Below, piece by piece: positions 39,862-49,612 of a DNA stretch of 64,000 nt. Source of the stretch: an uncultured delta proteobacterium (GTDB lineage Bacteria; Desulfobacterota; Binatia; Bin18); assembly GCA_963733195.1 (NCBI GenBank), contig CAVTCR010000073.1, positions 64,001 through 128,000 of the forward strand. The letters are read 5' to 3'. The notes beneath the pieces are model-generated. The model saw only the letters and a program-made list of their open reading frames with translations, ran no database searches and was not told the DNA's origin. How positions within the stretch are numbered: position 1 is the stretch's first letter; each line of letters begins with the position of its first letter. Position numbers and translations under genes: made by a program.

Positions 39862-42191
39862 ATGTGGAGGAGTCGATACGGTATTCTGGGCGGACTGCTA
39901 ACATGGGTGATCTTGGGATGCCTGTCCGCAAGTACGGCATGGGGGTATTTCTTTGATGACCGACGGGAGATGAGCTTATCAGGCTTTGCCTATACGCGCG
40001 GGACCATGGCCTTGTGCATGACGACATGGCGGCGGGCAAAGGGCTCTATAAGCCGGCAACTTGGTGCCAGCATCGAAACTTTCTGACCTTCGAATGGCGC
40101 CATAACATCAGCCGCCTCGCGCGCCGGGTCCCCGACGATTGGGCCGGTGATGGAGTTCCTGAACTTTGACGCCTTTGACTACTACCTCAACATGCGGAAG
40201 AGTATGAAGGGGTGTGGGACTATGGCCCCAAGGCGCATCAGGAAGCAGATGAAGGGGGGACGGCGGCGCCACCTTTTGGGACAAGTATTATGGGCGGCAG
40301 CTGCCGAAGTATCCCTCAGCAGTTCGTGCGGGTCGAAGAACTTTGCCTATGATCTACTCAATATCAACTTTGCCGAGAAACAGGTCAATCAGATCTCCTT
40401 GTTTGAATGGTATTTCAACATTACCAAAGGGCCGTTATTCATTCGCATTGGGCGGCAGAACCTGTCGTGGGGCGAGACGGATGCCTTTCGCCTGCTTGAC
40501 CAGATCAACCCGTTGGATAACTTTTTTGGTGGGTTTTTGGTGCCTTTAGATGAGCGGCGGGTGCCGCTGAGCATGATGCGGGCGCAGTGGAGTTTTGGGA
40601 CGATCGGGCCGGTCAGTGACCTGACGTTAGAAGGGTTTGTATCACCGGATCGGCGCACGTCGGCCTACTACGGGTTGACGCCCAATTTTTGGACGCCGTA
40701 CACGGTGACGTCGCCGGTGTATGGTGGGGCGCATGCCGTGTGGGGGGCCAGTCTTTGGGCGCCAGAGTCCGGGGCCGAAGCAGGGGGATGAGCCGGGGCG
40801 TTTGGCGAGCCGTGCAGTTTTCGGGCGCCAGGGCCGCACTCTAACCTCAGCGACAGTCGTGGCGGGGGGCGCCTAGTGGGCACGATCCATGATTTCACGT
40901 TCTCGATCGCGCACTACTACACATGGCAAGATGGGCCAGTGTCGGGCGCCGGGGTCATCTCGCCTACGACCGCGCACTTAGCGTGGGATATCGATGCCAC
41001 GGGGAATTTATTCAGGTATATCACGGGGAAGAACGCCTTAGAGAAGAATTCGTCGGGGCAGTATGTGAATAACCCGCTGGGGGATCGATGATCCGGTGGT
41101 CAGTGGCGCAAACGGAAAGGGTGGGCCGGGAGCGAGTACCGGCGTGCCGGCGGTGCAAGAGCGCAACACTGGCGTGCCGATTCGGGAGAAGCGGATTCAG
41201 ATCACGGGGGCGTCCCTCTCCTTTCCGGTCAACGCCTTGACCGGGATGTTTGTCGGCTCTGACAACCCGCTGTACTATCTCTACACCACTTTTCGGGGGG
41301 AAGTGGCGTATTTTCGCAATGTCGGGATTCGCTCCAATATTAATGATGGCTCGGTGAGTTACGGGGATGTCAATGGGAACGGGTCGCGCGGTGGCAGCGG
41401 TTTTTGACGTTGCCGTTAGAACAGGCGGCGCAGAGAGCGGAGCAGGCGGGGAATTTCGCTGAAGCGGCAACGATTCGGAAGAATGCGAACTATAATCCGG
41501 TATTTTTACCGGGGGGGTCGCATGCGAGTCAGGGGAATTGTACGGATGGGGCGGGGGTGAGAGGCTGTCGCACTCGGGCATTTCAAGAGCCGCGACATGT
41601 GGGCATTTAGCATTGGATTGGATCATAACCAATGGTTCAGGTGGTTCAACCCCGCCAATAGCTTTGTGTTTTCGGCCCAATTTTTCGTGCGGCATGTATT
41701 GGGCAACAAGCGAGAGTTTGATCGCGGGAGACCGATTGGGTATGAACAACGACCAACTCGGCACGGGGCTAACGTATCGGAAGATCGCGACGGTGGGAGG
41801 TCGGGCCAAGCCACCCACTATCGCCCAACGGCCGGGCGGGCCGGGCGACCGGGGGTTCGCGTGTATCCAGCCTGGGCAGACAGGAGCGCCGACTGCGCCG
41901 CAGTTTGCCCCATGTGAGGAGCGGCGGCTCTACGGGCTGCAAAGCTGGGACATGGTCAACACCCTGTCGATTTCGACTTCGTACTTGGGTGGGAATCTGC
42001 GACCGAGCTTTGTCTTCTTCTATGATTGGAATGGGTCGTGGTTAGTCCAGCCCGGATTTGACTGGAAGTTCTGGGACCCGTTCGCGATGAGCATGCGGTA
42101 CAACTGGATTGATGGCAACTATGGTCCTGCGATTGGGGCGTTCAAGACCAAAGACAGTATCTGGTTAGAGTTCCAGTATCAGTTGTACTAG
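39862..42191 (+). CDS. DUF1302-like outer-membrane beta-barrel protein with multiple frameshifts
   Basis: Signal peptide, RIGRQNLSWGETDAFRLLDQINPLD motif, C-terminal KDSIWLEFQYQLY typical of barrels; spread over several frames. Confidence 0.7.
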
Positions 42192-42221
42192 GAGTGTTGG
42201 AGGAGAGGAGCCAAGAGGAGG

Positions 42222-42246
42222 ATAGGGCGGGCACTGCCCGCCCTAT
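42222..42246. repeat. Perfect REP-like palindrome
   Basis: ATAGGGCGGGCA-C-TGCCCGCCCTAT. Confidence 0.75.
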
Positions 42247-42313
42247 GGCACTGTTGGTGAGGGAAGTTGATGCCAATTGCTCCTTTTTCTATTGAGAGAG
42301 GGAGAGAAGGCGC

Positions 42314-42808
42314 ATGTTATTTTTTTCTCTTACTTCTCAAGAGCGACAACTGCTCGAAGAATTCGTCTCACGTACAGTTTTAAGCAATGAAGCACGGCGC
42401 GCCCAAGCACTCTTATGGCTTGATGCTGGAGAAAGCTCGCAAGCCGTAGCTGAACGTTTGCGAGCAAGTCGGCAAACGGTTTACAACTGGGCTGCGCGCT
42501 TTCAACGGCGACGAGGCGAAAGCGATATGTGCATTCGCCTGGCCGACGGGAAACGCAGCGGTCGCCCCTCGACCATCGCCCTGCGGATCGACCCTATTCT
42601 GGAAAAAATCCTCGACCACAGCCCGCGCCAGTTTGGCTACAACACCGATAGGTGGACGATGACTTTACTGATTCGTCATTTAAGTGAAGTCCACCGACTT
42701 GTGGTGAACCGTGCGAACGTCTCCGCTGCTCTACAACGGTTGGGGAAAACCCGACAGTCGTTACATGTATTTGTCGATGAGTTTGAGTTGGATGGGGTGA
42801 CTGGCTGA
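42314..42808 (+). CDS. Helix-turn-helix protein of IS630-transposase N-terminal type, without a DDE domain
   Basis: RRAQALLWLDAGES...VAERL..SRQTVYNW, RSGRP, SPRQFGY..DRWT; GGAGAG RBS; clean stop. Confidence 0.75.
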   Translation: MLFFSLTSQERQLLEEFVSRTVLSNEARRAQALLWLDAGESSQAVAERLRASRQTVYNWAARFQRRRGESDMCIRLADGKRSGRPSTIALRIDPILEKILDHSPRQFGYNTDRWTMTLLIRHLSEVHRLVVNRANVSAALQRLGKTRQSLHVFVDEFELDGVTG

Positions 42809-42906
42809 TACAAAAAAGGCTATAGGCTGAAGGGGGCTGATGAAAATTAGCGATATTGGGGAGGCTTTTCTCGCGTCGCTGTGTCCCGTTTTTGTTCCCT
42901 AGACTT

Positions 42907-42985
42907 CTCGTTCCCAGGCTTTGCCTGGGAACGCAACGGCAGAGCCTAGCCCGCAGTGCGTACTGAGGCGGAGCCTCGGTACGAG
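42907..42985. repeat. REP-like/mini-element with nested hairpins
   Basis: CTCGTTCCCAGGC-TTT-GCCTGGGAACG ... CGTACTGAGGC-GGA-GCCTCGGTACGAG. Confidence 0.7.
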
Positions 42986-43060
42986 AGGATCGCTGCGGAA
43001 CAAATCAGGATCAGCTTAAACTGACTACATACGAGGATTTCCTCATCCCAGGCTGACGCA

Positions 43061-43101
43061 TACTTCGACTTCGCCTTTCAGGTTACGCTCAGCACGAGCG
43101 G
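43061..43101. repeat. REP-like element (CTTCGAC...TACGCTCAGCACGAGCGG)
   Basis: A similar sequence occurs at 50508-50537, where it is interrupted by the IS110 end. Confidence 0.55.
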
Positions 43102-43204
43102 TTTCAGTCGAGAGTACCAATGTGGTGTGATCCAATTTAGCAAAAATTTTCTTTTTCTCCATTTCCCCGTTTATCCCTCATCCTTTATCCCTTATCCTGA
43201 GTGA

Positions 43205-44035
43205 ATGAATTTTTATCGCCTCCGGAATCGTGTCTTCGCTCTGTTCTTCAGCCGGTTTCCTGGACTAACGAAGCGCTGGCTTGAAGGACAGCAATTGGAT
43301 GATTATGGACCTCCGCCGTGGACTCCTCTACGGAAACCGCTCGCGACATGTACGGTGGCCTTGGTAACCACCGCGGGAGTGCATCTGAAGACTGATGAGC
43401 CATTTGATATGGCGGACAAAGATGGAGATCCTAGCTTTCGTGTCATACCGCGAGAAACCACACTTAGACAATTGAGGATTACGCATGATTACTATGACCA
43501 CCGCGATGCCGATAAAGACCTCAACATCGTCCTGCCGTTGACGCGTCTGGAGGAACTCGCCCACGAGGGAGTCATCGGTGGGATTGCACCGTTTCATTAT
43601 AGTTTCATGGGTCACATCGATGGTAGTCACATTCAGCAATTGTTAACGGTGACTGCACCGGAAGTTGCACGACGACTCAAACGAGAACTAGTGGATGCTG
43701 TTGTGCTGACGCCTACGTGAGGATTGTGTAACCGGTCCGTCGGACTGGTCGCTAGAGAAATTGAACGGCACGGGATACCAACGGTGTCGGTGAGCATCCA
43801 GCGAGAATTGACAGAGAAAACTCGGCCTCCACGTGCAGTGTTCCTGCGTTGGCCGTTTGGACATCCGCTTGGCGAGCCATTCAATGTGGCCCAACAGCGC
43901 TGGGTGTTGTTAGATGCTTTGCGGGCGTTGCTCGATATTCATACACCTGGGACTATTATTGATCTGCCGTATTTATGGCGGAGACCAGGGCCGTGGGACA
44001 AGAATGAAGAGTTAAGAATGAAGAATGCAAAATGA
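43205..44035 (+). CDS. Selenoprotein of the D-proline/glycine reductase selenoprotein B (PrdB/GrdB) family; Sec at TGA 43718-43720
   Basis: ORFs 43205..43720 and 43724..44035 share one frame. Read-through gives VVLTPT-U-GLCNRSVGLVAREIERHGIPT, like PrdB U-G-T-C-H-R-S. N-terminal VALVTTAGVH, GDPSFRVIP and D.N.V.P motifs are present. Confidence 0.9.
43731..43749 (+). promoter_or_regulatory. Bacterial SECIS-like hairpin
   Basis: ACCGGTCC-GTC-GGACTGGT stem-loop starting 11 nt after the UGA; the apical G lies 19 nt downstream. Confidence 0.7.
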
Positions 44036-44128
44036 AGAATGGAAAACAAAAAAATTCCAAGCAAGGCCAAAATTGCGGAATTCTCAATTCTTCATTTTTA
44101 ATTTTTAATTCTTAATTTTCGTAATGCC

Positions 44129-44806
44129 ATGCGCATCTCGATCATCATCCCCACACTCAATGAAGCTCCCTCGATCGTGCAGACGCTCGCGCGTGTACGA
44201 CAGGAAGGCGAGTGTGAGTTGATTGTCGTTGACGGAGGCAGTGACGATAGTACGCTGGAGCTTGCGCGTTCACACGCAGATCTTGTGGTCACTGCGCCGC
44301 GCGGACGTGCACAACAAATGAACACTGGCGCGCGTGAAGCGAACGGTGAGGTGTTGCTGTTCCTCCATGCCGATACGAGACTTCCGTCGGGATTCCTCCA
44401 GCTTCTTACGCAAGCGCTCAATGATCCTCAAGTGGTAGGAGGTCGGTTCGATGTCCGTCTTGACGCAGATGGATGGCCCTTCCGTATGATCGAAACGATG
44501 ATGAACCTGCGTTCTCGGTTGACAAGAATCTCAACTGGGGACCAAGCGATCTTTGTCCGCCGACAGGTGTTCCAGAAGATCGGCGGGTATCCCGATCTTG
44601 CCTTGATGGAAGATGTAGAATTTAGCCGCAAACTGAAACGAGAGGGAAAGATTGCGTGCTTACACGAGCGAGTAGTGACCTCAGCCCGACGTTGGCAGCG
44701 GGACGGTGTATTCCACACGATCGTGCGGATGTGGGTCTTACGGTTGTGTCACTTTTGGGGAGTGCCCGCGTCTCGATTGCGAGAGTTTTATGCGGATACG
44801 CGATGA
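44129..44806 (+). CDS. Family 2 glycosyltransferase, TIGR04283 (rSAM/selenodomain- and arsenosugar-associated) type
   Basis: ISIIIPTLNE, DGGSDD, GRAQQMNTGA, LFLHADT, GDQAIF, MEDVE, TSARRW. Confidence 0.88.
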   Translation: MRISIIIPTLNEAPSIVQTLARVRQEGECELIVVDGGSDDSTLELARSHADLVVTAPRGRAQQMNTGAREANGEVLLFLHADTRLPSGFLQLLTQALNDPQVVGGRFDVRLDADGWPFRMIETMMNLRSRLTRISTGDQAIFVRRQVFQKIGGYPDLALMEDVEFSRKLKREGKIACLHERVVTSARRWQRDGVFHTIVRMWVLRLCHFWGVPASRLREFYADTR

Positions 44807-44860
44807 AGGCAGGCTTCAGGATTTGGGATCTAGGATTTAGAGGGGATATGTTTTGCTTTC

Positions 44861-44884
44861 GTAGGGGCACGGCGCGCCGTGCCC
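44861..44884. repeat. GTAG-class REP palindrome
   Basis: GTAG-GGGCACGGC-GC-GCCGTGCCC between convergent genes. Confidence 0.75.
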
Positions 44885-44925
44885 TGTATTCTTTTCCGTA
44901 AAGCCCAAAGCCTATATCCCAAAGT

Positions 44926-45852
44926 CTACTTCACTTCCCCAGCATAAATCTGCATGCACGTGCGTAAGAAGGATAACGCTTCTCCTTGTTGTCGTTGGAA
45001 GGAGTTGCGACCAATGATTGAGCCAAAACCACCACCATCACGGATCGCGCGTACTTCGTTAAAGAAGGCTTCGTCATTGTCACTCTTCGCGCCACCCGAG
45101 AAAATCACAATACGTTTGCCGTTGAAGGAACTTTGTACGACGTGGCTAACGCGCTGCGACAAGGTTTCAATCGGAATGTGATGCTTCTGATAGACTTTCT
45201 TCGCCTCGCCTAACTCGATATGCGCACTCGGTAACTTGACCTTGACGATGTGAGCACCGAGCTGACAGGCAATCTGTGCAGCATAGGTGACGACATCGAC
45301 GGCGGTTTCGCCTTCCTTGCTAAGATCGGACCCGCGGGGATACGACCAGAGCACCATCGCAAGCCCTTTTGACTTTGCTTCCTTTGTAATCTCCCGTGCC
45401 TGTTCGTACATGGTCTGGGCTTGGGAGGAACCGGGGTAGATCGTGAAACCAACTGCTACGCAGCCTAGGCGGAGCGCATCATCAACACTCGCTGTGACAG
45501 AAGACAGGGGGTCTTTCTCGTCGTGTAGTGTGTCGTGATTGTTGAGTTTGAGAATCAGCGGGATCTCACCGAGAAATTTGGTGACTCCGGCTTCGATGAA
45601 CCCGAGGGGAGCCGCGTAGGCGTTACAACCTGCCGCAAGGGCAAGCTGGTAATGATAATCTGGGTCGTATCCTGCTGGGTTGGGTGCGAAACTGCGAGCG
45701 GGACCATGCTCAAATCCTTGATCGACGGGGAGAATCACTAGTTTCCCAGTGCCGCCAAGCCGACCGTGGTTGAGCAGGCGCGCAATGTTGGTTCGTGTTC
45801 CTGGGTTATCACTCTCATACCAGCTCAGAATTTCACGGACACGTTCTGTCAT
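44926..45852 (-). CDS. fbaB: Class I fructose-bisphosphate aldolase (DhnA/FbaB type)
   Basis: ILPVDQGFEHGP, WSYPRG, Schiff-base IVKVK, FSGG, IIGRN. Confidence 0.92.
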   Translation of the reverse strand: MTERVREILSWYESDNPGTRTNIARLLNHGRLGGTGKLVILPVDQGFEHGPARSFAPNPAGYDPDYHYQLALAAGCNAYAAPLGFIEAGVTKFLGEIPLILKLNNHDTLHDEKDPLSSVTASVDDALRLGCVAVGFTIYPGSSQAQTMYEQAREITKEAKSKGLAMVLWSYPRGSDLSKEGETAVDVVTYAAQIACQLGAHIVKVKLPSAHIELGEAKKVYQKHHIPIETLSQRVSHVVQSSFNGKRIVIFSGGAKSDNDEAFFNEVRAIRDGGGFGSIIGRNSFQRQQGEALSFLRTCMQIYAGEVK

Positions 45853-45930
45853 AGGGCTCCTCCTTAAATGATAGAGCAGTGAAGCAGGCTGCTGCTATGG
45901 TAACCTGAATGGCTAACGATTTTCAACGTG

Positions 45931-46926
45931 TTACCTGTAAAAGGATTCTGCCTGCAAAACATCTTCAGCGCTGCCGATCAACAACGGTACACGCTGGTGC
46001 AAACTCGTGGGTGTCACATCAAGAATTCGCTGCGTGCCATTGCTGGCTTTTCCTCCTGCGTGCTCTGTAACCATTGCTAAGGGATTGGCTTCATACATCA
46101 AGCGAAGTTTACCATTGATATTCTTTGGGTCTGAAGGATAGAGAAAAATCCCACCTTTCAATAACGTGCGGTGATAATCAGCGACGAGTGAGCCAACGTA
46201 TCGCGCTCCGTATGGGCGTCCGGTGGCTTTGTCCTTTTGCTGAACGTAGTCAATGTATCCTTTGGTTGGCGCATTCCATTCCAAGCGCCGTCCTTCGTTA
46301 ATACTATAAGTCGAGCCGCGTTTTGGAATACGGATGTTTTCGTGAGAAAGCAAAAATTCTCCAAGCCCTGGCTCAAGGGTAAAACCGTGGACACCGTTAC
46401 CAGTGGTGAACACAAGCATCGTGCTAGACCCGTATAACGCATACCCCGCAGCGATCTGTTGATTGCCAGGAAGATGGAGCGCTTTGACGAGGTCTGCTCC
46501 TGCCACTTCTCGTGGCCGGCGATGGACGGAGAAGATTGAACCAACAGTGACATTGACATCGATATTCGAGGAACCATCCAAAGGATCAACAAAGACGACA
46601 TACTTCCCTTTGTCGTTACCGAGGATCTGGGCTGGCTGCGCCATTTCCTCAGAGACGACTTCGCCAACTAACTCACCGTACTCAAAAGCCCTCAGAAATG
46701 CATCGTTGGCGAGGATGTCCAGCTTCTGGACGATCTCGCCTTGGACGTTCACTTCCTCGGTTGCTCCTAAAATACCGAGGAGACCTGCGCGCCCGAGTTC
46801 GTACGCAATCTGCCTGGCTGCCCAGGAAATTTGCGACATGAGGATTGAAAACTCTCCGGTTGCACCAACGTGTGTCTGTTGTTGTTGCAGAAGATAGCGT
46901 GGAAGGGTAACAGCTGTATTCTTCAT
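45931..46926 (-). CDS. fbp: Class 1 fructose-1,6-bisphosphatase
   Basis: NVQGE.VQKLD, DPLDGSSNID, RYVGSLVAD, GKLRLMYEANP. Confidence 0.95.
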   Translation of the reverse strand: MKNTAVTLPRYLLQQQQTHVGATGEFSILMSQISWAARQIAYELGRAGLLGILGATEEVNVQGEIVQKLDILANDAFLRAFEYGELVGEVVSEEMAQPAQILGNDKGKYVVFVDPLDGSSNIDVNVTVGSIFSVHRRPREVAGADLVKALHLPGNQQIAAGYALYGSSTMLVFTTGNGVHGFTLEPGLGEFLLSHENIRIPKRGSTYSINEGRRLEWNAPTKGYIDYVQQKDKATGRPYGARYVGSLVADYHRTLLKGGIFLYPSDPKNINGKLRLMYEANPLAMVTEHAGGKASNGTQRILDVTPTSLHQRVPLLIGSAEDVLQAESFYR

Positions 46927-47258
46927 AATTCCCTCTTTACGAAGATTGAATTTACCCGTTTGCGGTGCAGGGGTACGCTACCTTTTCTTGTATCATAGAG
47001 ATGTCTAATGAAGAACTATCAGGAGCGAGGAATGCGAGGAGAGGGGTGGATCGACAGGGAAGGGGCTGTGGGGGTGGTGGGGGTGGTGGAGGTGCCGCCT
47101 TCCCTGCCGCGTCCGTAAATATAGAACGGCAAAGGACAAAAAAACTTAAGAGGAAACGCCGAGAAAAGAAATAACGCAGCATGCTGCACTCTATGTAGTT
47201 CTTTCGTTCTTTTTGTCATGTTAACTACTGATGTGATTATGTTGCTTCTGTTTCATCG

Positions 47259-48083
47259 TTAACGTTGTAAAAATTGCGAGACAAGTTCTGCGGCCCGTTG
47301 AGGTTGTTCGAGCAACAGGCTATGTCCTGCGCCGGGGACGCGCGCGACTTCTGCATGCGCTAATCCTTGCGCAAACACTTCAGCTAGCCCGACTGGAGCT
47401 AAACGATCGTCTTCCGCCCAGACGAGTAGGGTTGGTGTGGGAATACGAAAGAGACGGTCCTTTAATCGCGGATTGTGGAGATAGGGTGGCTTCCAGCCAA
47501 GTCGTGCAGCGACCATTTGGGCCTTATAGAAGAGCATTGTCATCTCAGGGGACATCTGATCAGGAATGGCACCCATTGCTAACTCTGAATGTTGGTCGTG
47601 GAAGAGCAATTCTCGGACTTCCTGCTGTCCCCCTTCTGCCTTTGGCGTGACGGTATAAAAGAAGTTGCCAATGCGTGCGTGTGGGACTGAGATACCGAGA
47701 GGATTAATGAGGACGAGTTTGTGCAACCGATGTGCGTAACGGGTAGCGAATTCGGTAGCAATCCACCCTCCTAATGAAACGCCCACGACATGTACCTTGT
47801 CGAGCTGCAAGGCGTCGAGAACGTCCCGACAAAAGAACACGGCATCTTCGACGGTTTCAAGATCATCAAAACCCTCGCTATCGGCATATCCAGGAAGCGC
47901 AGGAGCATACATAGAAAACGTCGACGCAAGTGTATCATGAAAGGCAGTAAACCCTGCATTACTTGGGAGACTGTGAACGTCGGCAACGATTCCGTGTAAG
48001 TACAACACTGGAGTGCCGTTGCCACCACGGAGAAGCTGAACTTTCTTGTTACGAATAGTCAATGTCTCTAATTGGAGTGTCAT
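47259..48083 (-). CDS. Alpha/beta hydrolase
   Basis: YLHG, GVSLGG, PTLLVWAEDD, GAGH. Confidence 0.88.
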   Translation of the reverse strand: MTLQLETLTIRNKKVQLLRGGNGTPVLYLHGIVADVHSLPSNAGFTAFHDTLASTFSMYAPALPGYADSEGFDDLETVEDAVFFCRDVLDALQLDKVHVVGVSLGGWIATEFATRYAHRLHKLVLINPLGISVPHARIGNFFYTVTPKAEGGQQEVRELLFHDQHSELAMGAIPDQMSPEMTMLFYKAQMVAARLGWKPPYLHNPRLKDRLFRIPTPTLLVWAEDDRLAPVGLAEVFAQGLAHAEVARVPGAGHSLLLEQPQRAAELVSQFLQR

Positions 48084-48194
48084 TGCTTTGTCCTACAGAA
48101 ATGGCGTACTTGACGTGGCGCACGAGCACGAGAATGCGGAGGTGCCACGTGCAACGCGAGAGTGATAAAAAACCACCCCTGCTATGCTGTAGAC

Positions 48195-49433
48195 CTACGC
48201 GTGAGTGTCGTGTTGCGGTTGGGTTCTGACGCCAGGCAAGGAGGCGAACTCCAAATCGGCGTACTTGCGGACGTAAGGGAAAACCTCGGTCGCCAGCAGT
48301 TCCATGTTCTTGCGCGTCAAGTGATCAGGGAGGCTACCGAATTGAGGGAGCGCGAGCAGGTGGCCGACCTTGAACTCAAGTACATACTTCAGCAGTTGTT
48401 CGCGTACCTTTGCCGCACTGCCGATGAGCACAGATCCGCCGGCTTCGACGTCATCCCACGTGCGGGCGTGACCTAACTGCCAGTTTGACGCGCCACTCTC
48501 ATTTCCGGGTGCACTAATTTCCTGTAAGCGTTGCAGCGATTTCAATGAAGTGTAACCCGGAGGCATCCAGGCTCGACCTTTACCGGCAAAGCCTTTGAGC
48601 AGTTTGTCAATGAAATACCATACATGCTCTTCTGCTTCAGCGCGGGCTTGCTGGTCTGTCTCGGCGACGTAGATTGGCACCAGCCATCCGAGTTGTTCAG
48701 GATTACACGGCTTATTCGCGCGTTCGACCGCGTGCCAAAAATAGGCGGCGTTTTGGCGGAACGAGTCGACATGAGCATAGGTGAGCGCAGCATAGATGAA
48801 GCCGCGCTCGGCCACGAAGTCCATAGTCTCAACGCTGCCTGCGCCAGGAATCCATACCGGAGGGTAGGGCTTTTGTACTGGTCGCGGCCACGGGTTAACG
48901 TACTGAAATTGATAATGTTTGCCATCCCATGAGAACGGTCCCGGGTCAGTCCACGCTTTGATGATCAGATCGGTAGCCTCACGGAAACGTTCGCGAGCAA
49001 AAGTAGGATTAATGTTGTACGAGTAGTATTCCGGTCCACCACCGACGACAAAGCCGGCGTCAAACTTGCCGCGGAACATGTTGTCGAGCATGGCAAATTC
49101 TTCAGCGATTTTGATCGGTACTTCGTAGAGCGGCAACCCATTGCCCAACACCATGACCCGTGCCCGCTGTATACGCTGTGATAATGCTGCGGCAATTAAA
49201 TTGGGCGAGGGCATAATTCCGTAGGCGTTCTGATGATGCTCATTGATGACCACACCATCGAAGCCTAACTGGTCAGCGTAGACCAGTTGGTTGATATATT
49301 GATGGTACACATCTGGTCCGCGCTGCGGGTCAAACAAAGAGTTTGGGCACGTGACCCAAGCGGTGTCATATTTTTCCTCGAAGTCTTGAGGCAAATGCGG
49401 CCACGGCATTAAATGAAACATCCAAAATTTCAT
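48195..49433 (-). CDS. LLM-class flavin-dependent oxidoreductase
   Basis: GFDG..NEHH, PSP, AEEFAMLD, WPRPVQKPYPP. Confidence 0.9.
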   Translation of the reverse strand: MKFWMFHLMPWPHLPQDFEEKYDTAWVTCPNSLFDPQRGPDVYHQYINQLVYADQLGFDGVVINEHHQNAYGIMPSPNLIAAALSQRIQRARVMVLGNGLPLYEVPIKIAEEFAMLDNMFRGKFDAGFVVGGGPEYYSYNINPTFARERFREATDLIIKAWTDPGPFSWDGKHYQFQYVNPWPRPVQKPYPPVWIPGAGSVETMDFVAERGFIYAALTYAHVDSFRQNAAYFWHAVERANKPCNPEQLGWLVPIYVAETDQQARAEAEEHVWYFIDKLLKGFAGKGRAWMPPGYTSLKSLQRLQEISAPGNESGASNWQLGHARTWDDVEAGGSVLIGSAAKVREQLLKYVLEFKVGHLLALPQFGSLPDHLTRKNMELLATEVFPYVRKYADLEFASLPGVRTQPQHDTHA

Positions 49434-49612
49434 ACATGCTCCCTCTGCATGAACAGTCAGCCCCGTCTACCATATCCTGAGGTCGCTTGCCAAGCGTCAC
49501 CAGAAGGTCAAAAGCTACGTGTGGTGTGATGGGTGCGAGAACCGCTGCCCCTACCAATGCGGAAACGATCCGGGTAGAATCGCGCGGCTACATCAAAAAG
49601 GAGGAGAATCGT

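Noticed and set aside
44926-46926. fbp-fbaB as evidence of a Calvin cycle
   Set aside because: No rubisco or prk in the window; ordinary gluconeogenesis explains the pair.
46952-47182. Poly-proline ORF (and poly-glycine ORF on the opposite strand)
   Set aside because: A by-product of the G-rich tract; no RBS or family features.
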